A DNA stretch of 64,000 nucleotides, from assembly GCA_002731275.1 (NCBI GenBank), contig PCBK01000053.1, forward strand, positions 36,275 through 100,274, in the 5' to 3' direction. Below, in pieces: positions 38,767 to 49,024 of this stretch. The translations under genes were made by a program, and so were the position numbers. Under the pieces are notes generated by a model that did no database searches, was not told the origin of the DNA, and was given only the letters and a program-made list of their open reading frames with translations. Position 1 is the first letter of the stretch, and the number at the start of each line of letters is the position of its first letter. The DNA is from Deltaproteobacteria bacterium (GTDB taxonomy: Bacteria > Myxococcota_C > UBA6777).

Positions 38767-41406
38767 GTGTATTCATTTCCAATGAGACACGGTGATATGC
38801 AATCCGATGAATTGATCGCAGGACGGTACAGAAAGCTTCGTTTACTTGGGAGAGGAGGCTTTGCTGAGGTGTATCTCGCCGAAGATGTTCGGTTAGGCAA
38901 TCGCCGCGTTGCGCTCAAGCTCCTCGCCCGACACATCCTGCACGACAAGGAGCGCTTGCATAAATTTCGTCAGGAGGCCGAAATTATCGGTCATTTGACG
39001 AGCCAGAACACCGTCCGAGCGTATGATTACGGTAGCGATGAGAACGACAATTATTACATCGCGATGGAGTACATACAGGGGGAGACACTGCACGAGATCT
39101 TGCGTCGAGAGCGCAGACTCTCCGAGCAACGTGTGCTGCTCTTTGGTATCCAGATCCTCGACGCGCTCGAAGAAGCCCACGACCTCAATATTATCCACCG
39201 CGATCTCAAGCCCAAAAATATCATGGTCATCCCACAACGACAGGGAGAATTGATCAAGATCCTCGACTTTGGTGTCGCGCGCATTATCAAAAAGGAAGAA
39301 GAGGACGAGGACGCAGAGTGGACCATGGTCGGGACCGCGACCTACATGGCGCCTGAGCAAGCACAAGGGAAACCCATCTCCGCCGCGAGTGACCTCTATT
39401 CTCTCGGTGTGATCTTGTACCACTGCATTTGTGGGCGTCCACCCTTTACCTCCAAAGAAGATCCCGTCGCGATCATGATCCATCACGCGACCAAACCTGT
39501 CGTGAGCATGCGCGAAGCTCGTCCTGAGCTTGGTATCTCCGCCGAAACCGACGAAGCGATCCTTCGCGTCCTCGAAAAAGACCCCACACAACGCTATGCC
39601 TCGGCTGCTGATTTTCGGATGGCGCTCGAACGTGCGTTTCGCTCTCTACACGAAGAAGACGACGATGACGAGGAGGACACCATCCACGCGACTGTCGTCG
39701 ATTTTGTCGAGCTGCCACCAGAGACGCCTCCCGTCGAACCGACAACGGATCCAGAGGCCGCCGCGCACCGACCACAGAGTATCTCCGAGGGGCAGCTCCC
39801 ACTGACGACGCCGTCTTCTGTCCCAACTATGCCACGTAATCTCGCACACCCAAGCCACCTTCCGCCTCCCAAGCCGCTCCCTCATCCAAGCAATCTCCCT
39901 CCCCCCAAGCCGATCTCCGCGACAAACGCACAAAAGCCCATAACCCTTCAGGACACACCGACCCCCTTGGGAGATGAAGAGGAAGAGGGGACGATCCGGC
40001 AGTACGTTGGCGCTGACTCTTCAGGGGCATCTGCAGAGGATGGGAAAGAGACGCCCGCGCTCGCCAAGCAGGATGATCTCGAGACCTCCTACGATTGGGA
40101 GGACAGGGCCTTTGGAGATCTCGAAGATGAGGACGATGGGCCGAAAGCCACAGTGAACCTTCGCTTTGATCGACACCCAAGCCAAAAAAATGAAGCCACC
40201 GCAGTCGTCGATCAGTCCTCTCCTATCAAGGACACTTACTCGTACGTTCCCGAAAGAGAAACAGGCGGAGGGCAGCCGAAACCTGCGCCGACGATCGATG
40301 ATGCGGATGATGACGAGAGCACCGCGCGTGGACTGCCACAGCCACTACCAAAGAGTCTCCCCGAGCCTGTCTTCAATAAAGGTGAATTGGATGGGACGCT
40401 AAAGGATGGTGAGCTGTTTGCGCCTGTGATCCAGCCAAATCTGGAACCTGTTCCTTCGCCACCGACAAAGTCTCTTCATGCTTCTACAACGGTCGCGATG
40501 CCTCCCTCTGTGGACGCTACAAACACACAACCTGCGACACCTGCGATGTCACCCTCCGGGCTCATTCCGATCTCCAGTCCGCCGGCCAATCACGTCTTTA
40601 CAGGGAGCGCTGAGGTGTTCTCGCCTATGAACACCCACCTCTCGCCAGAGAATCAATCTCGCACACCTGCAATGTTTCCTCATCGTGCGCCTAACGCGAC
40701 GCAAGAGAATCTCCTGCCTGCATCCACGCCATCTGTGAACACACCTCCTGGACTGAAAGGAGCGGGGCTTGATGTTGATGAGGCGTTTGATTCCGTCGAC
40801 TATCGACCTGATGCTTACGGGACGTCTGCTCGTTTGCAGTGGCTGGGGATTTTGGTTGGCGGGGTCTTTGTGGTGGGCATGATCGTCTTGTTGAGCTCTG
40901 GAAACGGACGCTCACAAGCCGCGCTCGAAGAGAAGCTGCGCCAAACAGCCTATCGCAATGCGATGAGTCGCTCTCGTGACGCGCTCGGAAAGAAAGAGTA
41001 CTCAAAGGCCTACATGTATTTGAAAGAGGCGGAGATTCATCGCCCCAAAGATCCAAAGGTGTCAGCGCTTAAGGAGCAGATTCAGCAAAATCTCCAGCGC
41101 GAAAAACTTCGTCGGGTTGTCGTCGCGGCCAGACGACAATTTGTGATGGGGAAGGTGCTACCTGCATATGAGACGTTGCGTAAGCTCAAGACCAGTGAGG
41201 TGAGCGTGCTCAAAGAGAAAGATGCGCTGCTGTTAGAGATGAAGCCGGGGCTGATCCGGACGTTGTTACAGAGCGTATTGCAAAGTGCGCGTGGTCGTCA
41301 GTGGGCGTTGGGAAAGCGCTACTGCCTCTATCTCACCGAGCTGAAGGCTGACAAGTCGAGAAAGGCTCGTATCCTCTGTCGTCGTATCCAACGTCGCCGT
41401 CGATAA
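38767..41406 (+). CDS. Ser/Thr protein kinase with long Pro/acidic disordered linker, TM helix and C-terminal helical (TPR-like) region
   Basis: GRGGFAEVY...ALK, HRDLKPKNI, DFGVAR, ATYMAPE kinase subdomains; TM LGILVGGVFVVGMIVLL. Confidence 0.85.
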   Translation: MYSFPMRHGDMQSDELIAGRYRKLRLLGRGGFAEVYLAEDVRLGNRRVALKLLARHILHDKERLHKFRQEAEIIGHLTSQNTVRAYDYGSDENDNYYIAMEYIQGETLHEILRRERRLSEQRVLLFGIQILDALEEAHDLNIIHRDLKPKNIMVIPQRQGELIKILDFGVARIIKKEEEDEDAEWTMVGTATYMAPEQAQGKPISAASDLYSLGVILYHCICGRPPFTSKEDPVAIMIHHATKPVVSMREARPELGISAETDEAILRVLEKDPTQRYASAADFRMALERAFRSLHEEDDDDEEDTIHATVVDFVELPPETPPVEPTTDPEAAAHRPQSISEGQLPLTTPSSVPTMPRNLAHPSHLPPPKPLPHPSNLPPPKPISATNAQKPITLQDTPTPLGDEEEEGTIRQYVGADSSGASAEDGKETPALAKQDDLETSYDWEDRAFGDLEDEDDGPKATVNLRFDRHPSQKNEATAVVDQSSPIKDTYSYVPERETGGGQPKPAPTIDDADDDESTARGLPQPLPKSLPEPVFNKGELDGTLKDGELFAPVIQPNLEPVPSPPTKSLHASTTVAMPPSVDATNTQPATPAMSPSGLIPISSPPANHVFTGSAEVFSPMNTHLSPENQSRTPAMFPHRAPNATQENLLPASTPSVNTPPGLKGAGLDVDEAFDSVDYRPDAYGTSARLQWLGILVGGVFVVGMIVLLSSGNGRSQAALEEKLRQTAYRNAMSRSRDALGKKEYSKAYMYLKEAEIHRPKDPKVSALKEQIQQNLQREKLRRVVVAARRQFVMGKVLPAYETLRKLKTSEVSVLKEKDALLLEMKPGLIRTLLQSVLQSARGRQWALGKRYCLYLTELKADKSRKARILCRRIQRRRR

Positions 41407-41439
41407 TTCATACCACCCATTCCCCCATATTGTCCCACT

Positions 41440-41916
41440 CTACTTTTTCGTCGAAGCGTAGAGGAAAGCATCTTCCATAATGTGGTAGTAAGAGCGCTTC
41501 ATGCCCAGTGTGTGGTAGACGGATTGGGCCACTTCGTTTTCTTCTTCGACGTAAAGGCGGAGTCCACAGACTCCTGGATCGTTCTCTGCGAGCTGCTTGA
41601 TGTGTTGATGGAGTTGGGAATAGATGGCACGTCTACGTCGGTCTGAACGGACATATACACTTTGAATCCACCAAAAATTGGCGTTTCTCCAATCGCTCCA
41701 TTCATAGGTGACTGCGAGTTGTCCGACAATATCGTCTTGTTCGAGCGCGATCACATAGAAGCCTTTGTTGGGGTCCTTGAGGATCGCGCTGACACCGGAG
41801 AGGACGCGCTCCCATTCGAGCGCAAGGTCTTCCGTTTCGAGGGCGATTTGTTGGTTGAAGTGGGCGATGCGTTCGCGATCTTCCCACAAGGCTCTTCGGA
41901 GGTTGAGTGGCTGCAT
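41440..41916 (-). CDS. GNAT-family N-acetyltransferase
   Basis: QLAVTYEWSDW...VYVRSDRRRRAIYSQL motif; trimmed to internal Met to remove overlap with upstream gene. Confidence 0.65.
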   Translation of the reverse strand: MQPLNLRRALWEDRERIAHFNQQIALETEDLALEWERVLSGVSAILKDPNKGFYVIALEQDDIVGQLAVTYEWSDWRNANFWWIQSVYVRSDRRRRAIYSQLHQHIKQLAENDPGVCGLRLYVEEENEVAQSVYHTLGMKRSYYHIMEDAFLYASTKK

Positions 41917-41944
41917 AGGCTCGTTCCTTTTGGTGGGATGGGTC

Positions 41945-42829
41945 TCAGTGTGATGTGTATTCTTCGAGGGTTGGGACGTTGGACAGGTGTTGTTGAAGTG
42001 TGAGGGCGACCTCGCGTGCGTCTTCAGCAGTGAATTGTTCGCCCCGTGGGCTCCCACCGATGCTCTCGCGTCCTCCCCATCCAGGCCCTAATTTTTGAAA
42101 GAAGTTGTGTAGGCCACCTTGGCCGAGCAGGGATTCGGCCGTTTTGAGATCTTTGCAGCCGATGGTGATGGAGTTGTGTTTGGTGCTGTAAGAGACGATG
42201 AGAGGGGCGCGACGGTACCATCTATCAAATCCCCATACGCGAGCCTCGACGTACATCACATGGGGCGGAAAGACCTCTTGGGTCGATTCTTCGGCCATCT
42301 TGATCCGGCGTCTCTCCGAGCGCCTGATCTTGCCACGTTTGCCCGAAGGGAGTCCAAGCTCTAGCAGGCGGGCCATCGCCTCGACTGCACGCACAAAGGA
42401 TTGTGCGTTGCGCGTTTGTTGGGGGAGCTGCTGAAAGTACAACAGCTCTTCGCCGTGTTGTTCTTCGAGCAGGTCGATGTGGATGGGGTCGAGGTCCTGT
42501 CTGTTTACGAGTTCCGGAAAGCTCGAAGGGATCATCTCTTTGGGCAGCCACCCTGTCAGACAGAGGATGGCGAGCGTTGCGTCGGCGTCGGCCGTACCTG
42601 TGACGACAAAGCGTGGGTCTTCTCGTCGGCTGCCGTAATGATCGCGATATGCCCGGATCGCGACGCCTTCTCGCCAGGATTCCTGACCGTGGTGATCCAT
42701 CGCGAGAGGTCCGAGCACAGAACCTCTGCCAAAGGCACACTCGATGGGTTCATATCCCTGTGTGGTGAGTGTTTCGGCCTCTTCGAAGCTCGTGGTGTGT
42801 CGAATGTCGAGGGGGATAGATGTTGTCAT
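41945..42829 (-). CDS. hypothetical protein, start ATG overlaps kinase-FGE stop (ATGA)
   Basis: Trimmed ORF 41945..43048 to Met whose ATG overlaps the upstream stop. Confidence 0.4.
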   Translation of the reverse strand: MTTSIPLDIRHTTSFEEAETLTTQGYEPIECAFGRGSVLGPLAMDHHGQESWREGVAIRAYRDHYGSRREDPRFVVTGTADADATLAILCLTGWLPKEMIPSSFPELVNRQDLDPIHIDLLEEQHGEELLYFQQLPQQTRNAQSFVRAVEAMARLLELGLPSGKRGKIRRSERRRIKMAEESTQEVFPPHVMYVEARVWGFDRWYRRAPLIVSYSTKHNSITIGCKDLKTAESLLGQGGLHNFFQKLGPGWGGRESIGGSPRGEQFTAEDAREVALTLQQHLSNVPTLEEYTSH

Positions 42830-45234
42830 GATGGTGCGAAGGTTTTCACATCCATGGCGCAGCGAAATCCGAGGGCGGCGCTTGGGAGTGAGGGCAATCG
42901 GTAGCCTCTTGTGAATGTGGAGATGACACCAGGAGGATCGGCATGTGAGCCGCCACGTATGACGCGGAATTTTCCTTCTTGTGGGCTCTGTAAGGTTTGG
43001 GTGATGTTGGTTCTGTAGGCGTCTTTGCTGTACCAGTCGTAGACCCACTCCCAGGCATTGCCGAGGAGGTCACGCACGCCAAAGACACTCTCGCCGTCGG
43101 GATACATGTGGACAGGGGTGAGCTGAGGGGTGCCGAAGTTGGAGCGCTGTTCTTCCCAGTGATTGCCCCAGGGGTATCGCCTCGCGTCTGTACCACGAGC
43201 TACCTTTTCCCACTCGGCTTCTGAGGGGAGGCGTTTGCCACTCCACTGACAATATGCGAGGGCATCTTCGTAGCGGATGTTGGTGATGGGATGGTTGGCT
43301 TGCTCCGGTGGAAAGAAGTGTTGCTTTTTGCCCGCGCTCCACCAATGTGCAGGTGCGGGGTAGTCCGTGTCTTTCACAAACTGGAGGTAGCGTTCGTTGG
43401 TGACAGGGTATCGATCGATGTAAAAGGAGGGCAGGTAGATCTCCTTTGTGGGCGTTGCGTCAGCGTGTTCATCGTCACATCCGATAAAGAAGCTGCCGGC
43501 GCGGATGTAGATCATCTCGGCACCGTCGTTGGAGATCATACTTGAGGGCAAGGCCGCAGGGGGCTTCTGTGCCGTGTGTCCAGGATCCACGTGGAGCCGA
43601 TGACTGGAGGTCTTGAGATTGGTGGCGACGACATTGGAGGCCGAAGATGCTTTGGCCGGCGTTTGTCGGTTGGGGTTAAAGCGCGGAACGTGTTGTGGGG
43701 TGCGATCCGTTGGGTTGACGTGTTGTCCAAATGAGCGTGTCGAGACGGTCTTCGCCGAGTGATAGTCCGCGGTGGGAGAGGACTTTGGAGGCTGTGAGGG
43801 GGCAGGGACAGGGGCCTGTATGCCAGGAGAAGATGCTGTGGGGAGCTCCGATTGTCGTGGCGCGTGGGAGGAGGGAGGTGGATGATGGGCTGCGACATGG
43901 TGTTGAGAAGAGGAGGGCTGTGCGTGAGGCTCCGATTGTAAGTCGAGTGAGGCGATTCGATCGTTGGAGGAGAATGCCTGACTTTGTGGAGATATTGCGT
44001 GTGATGGTGGTGCGCCGGGATGAGAGGCCGGTGGTGACACCTGCTGTGGTACATGTGAGGCCGGCTTGAGCTGTGATGAAGCGACCTGTTGTGCGTGTGA
44101 TGATGCGGGGGGCTTTGGAGGTTTTGGTTTGCTGAGATTGAATTGTTCGAGTGGCTGGTCCTGCAAGGGGGGGTTGTCTGTAAATTTATGGAAGCATCTT
44201 TGGCAGACAGGTTGTTGTGGTGCGAAGTGAGTACGGCAAAGCTCACTGGTGCCACACTCCGAGCAGGTGTGCCCTTCGTGTTGTGGATGGAGTTGGTGGC
44301 AGTATGGGCAGGGGATCAGTGGGATGACATCACCGACAAAGGGCAACGCGTCGCGGAACTCTTCGGCTGTTTGGTAGCGATCTTCTGGTCGTTTGGCCAG
44401 CGAGCGAAGGATGACACGTGATAATTCTTCTGTGATGTCGCTGCGATAGAGTCTGGGGTCTGGAGGCGGTTGCTCGACGTGGCCTTTTCGCACGTTGTAG
44501 TCGGCTCCTTCGAATGGGAGGCGGCCTGTGAGGGCTTCGAACATGCTGACACCCATGGCGTAGATATCGGAGCGGGGTTCGGCGTTGACGCCTTGGATTT
44601 GCTCGGGGGCCATGTAAAAGACCGTACCGACTTGCGCGCCAGCGACGGTGAGGCGGAGTTCTCCACTCACACGTGCGATGCCAAAGTCGATGAGTTTGAC
44701 GCGCCCGTCTCGCGTGACGAGGATGTTGGCGGGCTTAAGGTCTCTGTGGATAACGCCGTGGTTGTGGGCGTATGCGAGTCCGGAGAGGGCTTGGCTGAAG
44801 ATGGGCACAACGCTCCTCATGGAGAGCCCACCACAGCGGCGAAACATCGCGTCGAGATCCTGCCCATCGATGAATTGCATGATCAGGAAGAACTGGCCAT
44901 TTTCTTCGATGAAGGTGTGCAGGGTCATGAGGTTGGGATGATCAAAAGAGGCGAGCGCACGTGCTTCTTGGAGGAAGCGTTCACGTAAACCTGGATCACG
45001 TGAGAGGTGAGGAGAGAGGGTCTTGATCGCGACGACTTGACCTGTCAGGTCGTGACTGGCTTTGACGACACGTCCCATGCCACCTTGTCCGATGACACGT
45101 TCGATAACGTAGTGGTTACCAATGCGATTACCGGGCTGCAGCTCTGTTGTTTGCTGCGCGCCACAGTGTGGACAGAATTGTTCATCTGCTCCGACGGGTT
45201 TTTGACACTGGTAACAAGTAAACATATTGCTCAT
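42826..45234 (-). CDS. Ser/Thr protein kinase fused to C-terminal FGE-sulfatase (formylglycine-generating-enzyme-like) domain, N-terminal zinc ribbon
   Basis: CYQC...CPHCG ribbon; kinase subdomains HRDLKPANIL, DFGIAR, VFYMAPE; C-terminal RYPVTNERYLQFV...WEWVYDWY FGE-type motifs. Confidence 0.85.
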   Translation of the reverse strand: MSNMFTCYQCQKPVGADEQFCPHCGAQQTTELQPGNRIGNHYVIERVIGQGGMGRVVKASHDLTGQVVAIKTLSPHLSRDPGLRERFLQEARALASFDHPNLMTLHTFIEENGQFFLIMQFIDGQDLDAMFRRCGGLSMRSVVPIFSQALSGLAYAHNHGVIHRDLKPANILVTRDGRVKLIDFGIARVSGELRLTVAGAQVGTVFYMAPEQIQGVNAEPRSDIYAMGVSMFEALTGRLPFEGADYNVRKGHVEQPPPDPRLYRSDITEELSRVILRSLAKRPEDRYQTAEEFRDALPFVGDVIPLIPCPYCHQLHPQHEGHTCSECGTSELCRTHFAPQQPVCQRCFHKFTDNPPLQDQPLEQFNLSKPKPPKPPASSHAQQVASSQLKPASHVPQQVSPPASHPGAPPSHAISPQSQAFSSNDRIASLDLQSEPHAQPSSSQHHVAAHHPPPSSHAPRQSELPTASSPGIQAPVPAPSQPPKSSPTADYHSAKTVSTRSFGQHVNPTDRTPQHVPRFNPNRQTPAKASSASNVVATNLKTSSHRLHVDPGHTAQKPPAALPSSMISNDGAEMIYIRAGSFFIGCDDEHADATPTKEIYLPSFYIDRYPVTNERYLQFVKDTDYPAPAHWWSAGKKQHFFPPEQANHPITNIRYEDALAYCQWSGKRLPSEAEWEKVARGTDARRYPWGNHWEEQRSNFGTPQLTPVHMYPDGESVFGVRDLLGNAWEWVYDWYSKDAYRTNITQTLQSPQEGKFRVIRGGSHADPPGVISTFTRGYRLPSLPSAALGFRCAMDVKTFAPS

Positions 45235-45431
45235 CGTTCGCCTGGGTACGCTTCTCTTGTTGGGCGGAAGGCCTTCCGCAATAGACGCTCCAAGATTACA
45301 CCACAATAGACGTATTTGGCTAGGTTTGATTCATAGTGGTGTGGGTTTATCCTTATATAGGAAGGACATACCCGCGATACTTTCTTTGCTTTGGGGCGCC
45401 GTCGTATACGATATGTGTTCTTTGCTATGGG

Positions 45432-45986
45432 CTACGAGTGTTGTTTGATCAGCGCTTTGATGGAGCGCACCATCTTCTCCGCATCCCACTCAAAAGGACC
45501 AATGTATTTAAACCTTAACACCCCGTTGGGATCGATGAGATATGTCTCTGGGAACTTTTGGGTACCGTAACGCGCGGCGTTTTTGTTTTGGGGGTCACGC
45601 AGGTAAAGCATGCGTGTCTTGACCGTTTTGAGCCAGGGGTGTTTGCCGACAAAATTGTCGATGGTCTTCCAGCTGTCGTCAACAGACGCGACGATCAACG
45701 AGACGTTGGGGAGCTTTTTGGCGAGACGTTCGAGGGAGGGCATCTCTTTACGGCATGGAGGACACCATGTGGCCCAGAAGTTGAGGAGCACCCAGCGACC
45801 TTTGAGCTGTTGTTTTTGCAGAAATTGCCCATTTCGTCGAAGAAGTGAAAGCTGTGGAACGGCTTGACCGACTTTCGCTGGGCCTTTGGGGGCGATGGGC
45901 TGCGCAGACATACCAAATAACCAGACACCAAAAGCCGCAGCCGCAGACAACAAATACAACCAACGCACGAGGCGAGGGACAAACAT
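45432..45986 (-). CDS. TlpA/ResA-like membrane-anchored thiol-disulfide oxidoreductase
   Basis: LLNFWATWCPPCRKEMP active site, N-terminal TM. Confidence 0.8.
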   Translation of the reverse strand: MFVPRLVRWLYLLSAAAAFGVWLFGMSAQPIAPKGPAKVGQAVPQLSLLRRNGQFLQKQQLKGRWVLLNFWATWCPPCRKEMPSLERLAKKLPNVSLIVASVDDSWKTIDNFVGKHPWLKTVKTRMLYLRDPQNKNAARYGTQKFPETYLIDPNGVLRFKYIGPFEWDAEKMVRSIKALIKQHS

Positions 45987-46046
45987 ATCTTCTTACTCCC
46001 TATCAAAAATGCAAATCACAAACACAAACATTAGCGTGAGGAGATA

Positions 46047-48662
46047 CTATTTCTTTTTGATGTTGTCGAGATCCACCCAATCATCATCGTCCCAACTGTC
46101 CTCGGAGTCTTTGGAGTCTTCGACCTCCAAGACCTCTGTCAGCTCAAGGACTTGTGGTGTCGAGATGGGTTGTTTGGAGATGTGTGAAGGTGGTGACAGA
46201 TCGAGCTCACCTGGAGCTGACTGCTCCCAGGGATGAGCGCCGCCGCTCTCATGGGAAGGGGTCGGCTCCTCGGGGGTCTCTTCTGGAAGATCGACCTCCC
46301 AATCATTCCAGTCGTCCTCTGCTGTTGGTGGGGCAAAATCCTCAATTAACGCAGAGGGGTCGACCGTTGTCGCCTGTCTGTGCTCTCTGGTGACCTCCGG
46401 GGTGGGGCGGGTAATTTTCTTAGGAGCGGTCAATACATCCGGGAATCCTCCCTCATCATCACCTAGATCGAACTCTGCTTCCAGATCGAGATCGGCGGAG
46501 AGGGAGGCACCAAAGGCGTCTTCGTTGTCCGAGGGGGGAGGTGTTGGTTTCGATATACTCGCTTCTTCTGGTGCTGCGAGCGTGAGCGAGACTTCGTTCT
46601 GGGAGGCTTCCTCGAAGGGAGTGATGAAGTCATCGTCTTGCGGCGCAAACATCGACTTTGCTGCGGGTTTGGCGGCCGAAGGGGCAAACATCGAGGTGGG
46701 GCCATCATCTGCTGCATCTTTTTTCTGTTCGCGCTTGAGCACGAGGGAGGGCAGCTCGGCCCAAGAGGCGCTGGAGTCCGCTTGTTTGCTCTGGGCTTTT
46801 TCCGCGAGCGCTTCGTATAACTCAAGATCTCGCAGCATCTTATCATCGATGTCGACAGGCTCGCTCTTTTTGTTTTTCATGTACTCGTCAAAAGAGGGGG
46901 AGACGAGTTCACCGCCAAGATCGTCATCGTCATCGCCAGCCTCGCCAAAGGCGAGACCACCTGAACCAAACATCGCGTCGAGCTGCTTCTCTGCTCTGGC
47001 TTTCCCGTGTGTAATAGCCTCTTGATACTCGGGGAAGTGAGCGAGAAGTTCTTCACCTTCCTGGAACAATTGAAGGGCTTTTTCGGTTTGTTTGCCCATC
47101 TCAAGTAGCGACTCAGCCTTGAGTAACAGCGCCTTCATGTAGAAGGGGTTGCTGCTACCTTTGTCGAGGATTCGGTCGGCCTGGATCGAGGCTTCTTGGA
47201 AGAGTTTGCAGCGCTTGAGAGTGGTCGTAAGCAGGAGACGGTCGCGTGCCGAGATCGGTGTGGGGCCGTGTACCAGGACAAATTGGTGGTAGAGTGATTT
47301 GACCTTGTCTGTGTGTCCTTCGTCGGCGGCGACGCGGATGGCGTTGATGTATTCCTCGGGCCTCGCGCTCAGCTCCGATTTTTCACACGCGGTCAACAAC
47401 CCTTCGAAGATCCAAAGTGGTGTCTTGCCAGGAGTGATGGCCTCTCGATATAGACCCACAGCCTTGCGATAATCGCCTTTCTCGTAGGCTTCTTTGGCTT
47501 TCTCTGCGAGGGCTTTTTCATCGATGTCAGGGCGGGCCTTGGGACGCATTCGGGGCGTCGTCAGGTGACGTGTCGTCTCGGGGCGGGCCTTTTGGATGGG
47601 AGCGTCTTCATCTGTATCCTGGAAGACGCCCTGCTCTTGTAGGACAAACGCCAACCCTGCACACAACCCGAAGCAGACAATGTGCACCAAAAAGACCGCA
47701 GAGGGATATTGAGAGACAACGAGGACGTCGAGAAAACCGAAGATAAGCCAGGTGACACCCAGCGCGATCGCGGGCAAACTCACGCTGCCTTTGTACTTGG
47801 TCCCCGGGACGTTGTAGTGGAGTTCAAATTGTCCGAGGCCACCGAGGAGCATCCAGGCACCAAAGCACCCTGCCAAGGCACCAGATGGACCGAGTAACAG
47901 AAAGTTTTGCTTGGAGGCCAAAAACATCAAGGCGAGATTGCTGACCAGCCCACCGATCAAAAAGAAGGCGAGCCACAATGGTCCCGTTTGGCGTTCGAGG
48001 AGCTGTCCGACAAACCACAAAGCGAGCAGCGCCCACAGCAACGAGAAGAGATGTCCAGGGATCCAGAAGGAGGTGAGGATCGTATGCCAACGGCGCTCAG
48101 ATGGACGCAGCCCCCAGCCGTAGTGAGGGTGTGAGAAGCGCGTCTGCTTGAGCTGTTTGACGAGCCTGTCAAGGCTTGCTTGCTGGCGTCTGAGTGGGCC
48201 TTCTTTGAGATCGGCGAGGGCGACAAACACTCTGCGTTTGGGGTGGCGGCTCAGATAACCAGCAGCGATCGCGGCGCCCAAACAGTCCTGTTTCTTTTTC
48301 CCCTCGATGTCGAGCGCCTCCCAGTCTCCACCACCTTCTTGTAGCCACGTCTCTGCCTGACGACGGGCGGTTGGATCGCGTTGATATTCGTTCACGACCT
48401 CGACCACGCGCTCGTAGTGACGTTGGATCACGGAGGGTAGGAGCTTGATATCTTCGTCGGAGATGCGCAGATAATCGTACTGCAGGTAGTGACAAAGCAG
48501 CTTGTTGGTTGATTGTTTGATGGCTCGTTCTTGGCCTGGGGCGGTGAAGGCGCTCCACAAATAGACTGCCAGCAATAGACCCATTAATCCGAGGGTTGAC
48601 CAGGGCCACACCCATGATGACTCGTTGTTTTGGGAATCTTCGTCAGCTGTCGGCCAGAACAT
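46047..48662 (-). CDS. rhomboid-family intramembrane serine protease fused to TPR region and long acidic disordered C-terminal tail
   Basis: GHLFSLLWALLALWFVGQLLE and GPSGALAGCFGAWML (GxSG) rhomboid motifs; start moved to second ATG with GGAGAAAG RBS. Confidence 0.65.
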   Translation of the reverse strand: MFWPTADEDSQNNESSWVWPWSTLGLMGLLLAVYLWSAFTAPGQERAIKQSTNKLLCHYLQYDYLRISDEDIKLLPSVIQRHYERVVEVVNEYQRDPTARRQAETWLQEGGGDWEALDIEGKKKQDCLGAAIAAGYLSRHPKRRVFVALADLKEGPLRRQQASLDRLVKQLKQTRFSHPHYGWGLRPSERRWHTILTSFWIPGHLFSLLWALLALWFVGQLLERQTGPLWLAFFLIGGLVSNLALMFLASKQNFLLLGPSGALAGCFGAWMLLGGLGQFELHYNVPGTKYKGSVSLPAIALGVTWLIFGFLDVLVVSQYPSAVFLVHIVCFGLCAGLAFVLQEQGVFQDTDEDAPIQKARPETTRHLTTPRMRPKARPDIDEKALAEKAKEAYEKGDYRKAVGLYREAITPGKTPLWIFEGLLTACEKSELSARPEEYINAIRVAADEGHTDKVKSLYHQFVLVHGPTPISARDRLLLTTTLKRCKLFQEASIQADRILDKGSSNPFYMKALLLKAESLLEMGKQTEKALQLFQEGEELLAHFPEYQEAITHGKARAEKQLDAMFGSGGLAFGEAGDDDDDLGGELVSPSFDEYMKNKKSEPVDIDDKMLRDLELYEALAEKAQSKQADSSASWAELPSLVLKREQKKDAADDGPTSMFAPSAAKPAAKSMFAPQDDDFITPFEEASQNEVSLTLAAPEEASISKPTPPPSDNEDAFGASLSADLDLEAEFDLGDDEGGFPDVLTAPKKITRPTPEVTREHRQATTVDPSALIEDFAPPTAEDDWNDWEVDLPEETPEEPTPSHESGGAHPWEQSAPGELDLSPPSHISKQPISTPQVLELTEVLEVEDSKDSEDSWDDDDWVDLDNIKKK

Positions 48663-49024
48663 ATATCTTTCTCCGTTGGGTGAGGTCTGCAAAGAGTGAG
48701 TCGGTGAAGACTAACCCCTGGTATCATTCGCCAATTGATATGCTTATGTTGTCTGGTTGGTTGGACATCCAGACATGTTCTTGCCACTATCCTGCCTCAA
48801 CTCGTGCGGAAAGGCAAGCACAAGCGCGCTTCATTTGAATGTCGGTGTTGTTCGGTGTTTGCTCTGTGGTATATATCTGCAACGTAACCTTTGTGGTCTG
48901 CTCTTTTTGGACCACGCGTCACTCGTGTTTGTATACACCTCTCTCCAGGAGAGGGGACTTTCGATATCTTCGATACGGTGGTTATTTGATAACACATCGT
49001 GTGTGAGCTACTTGTGGAGTCACT

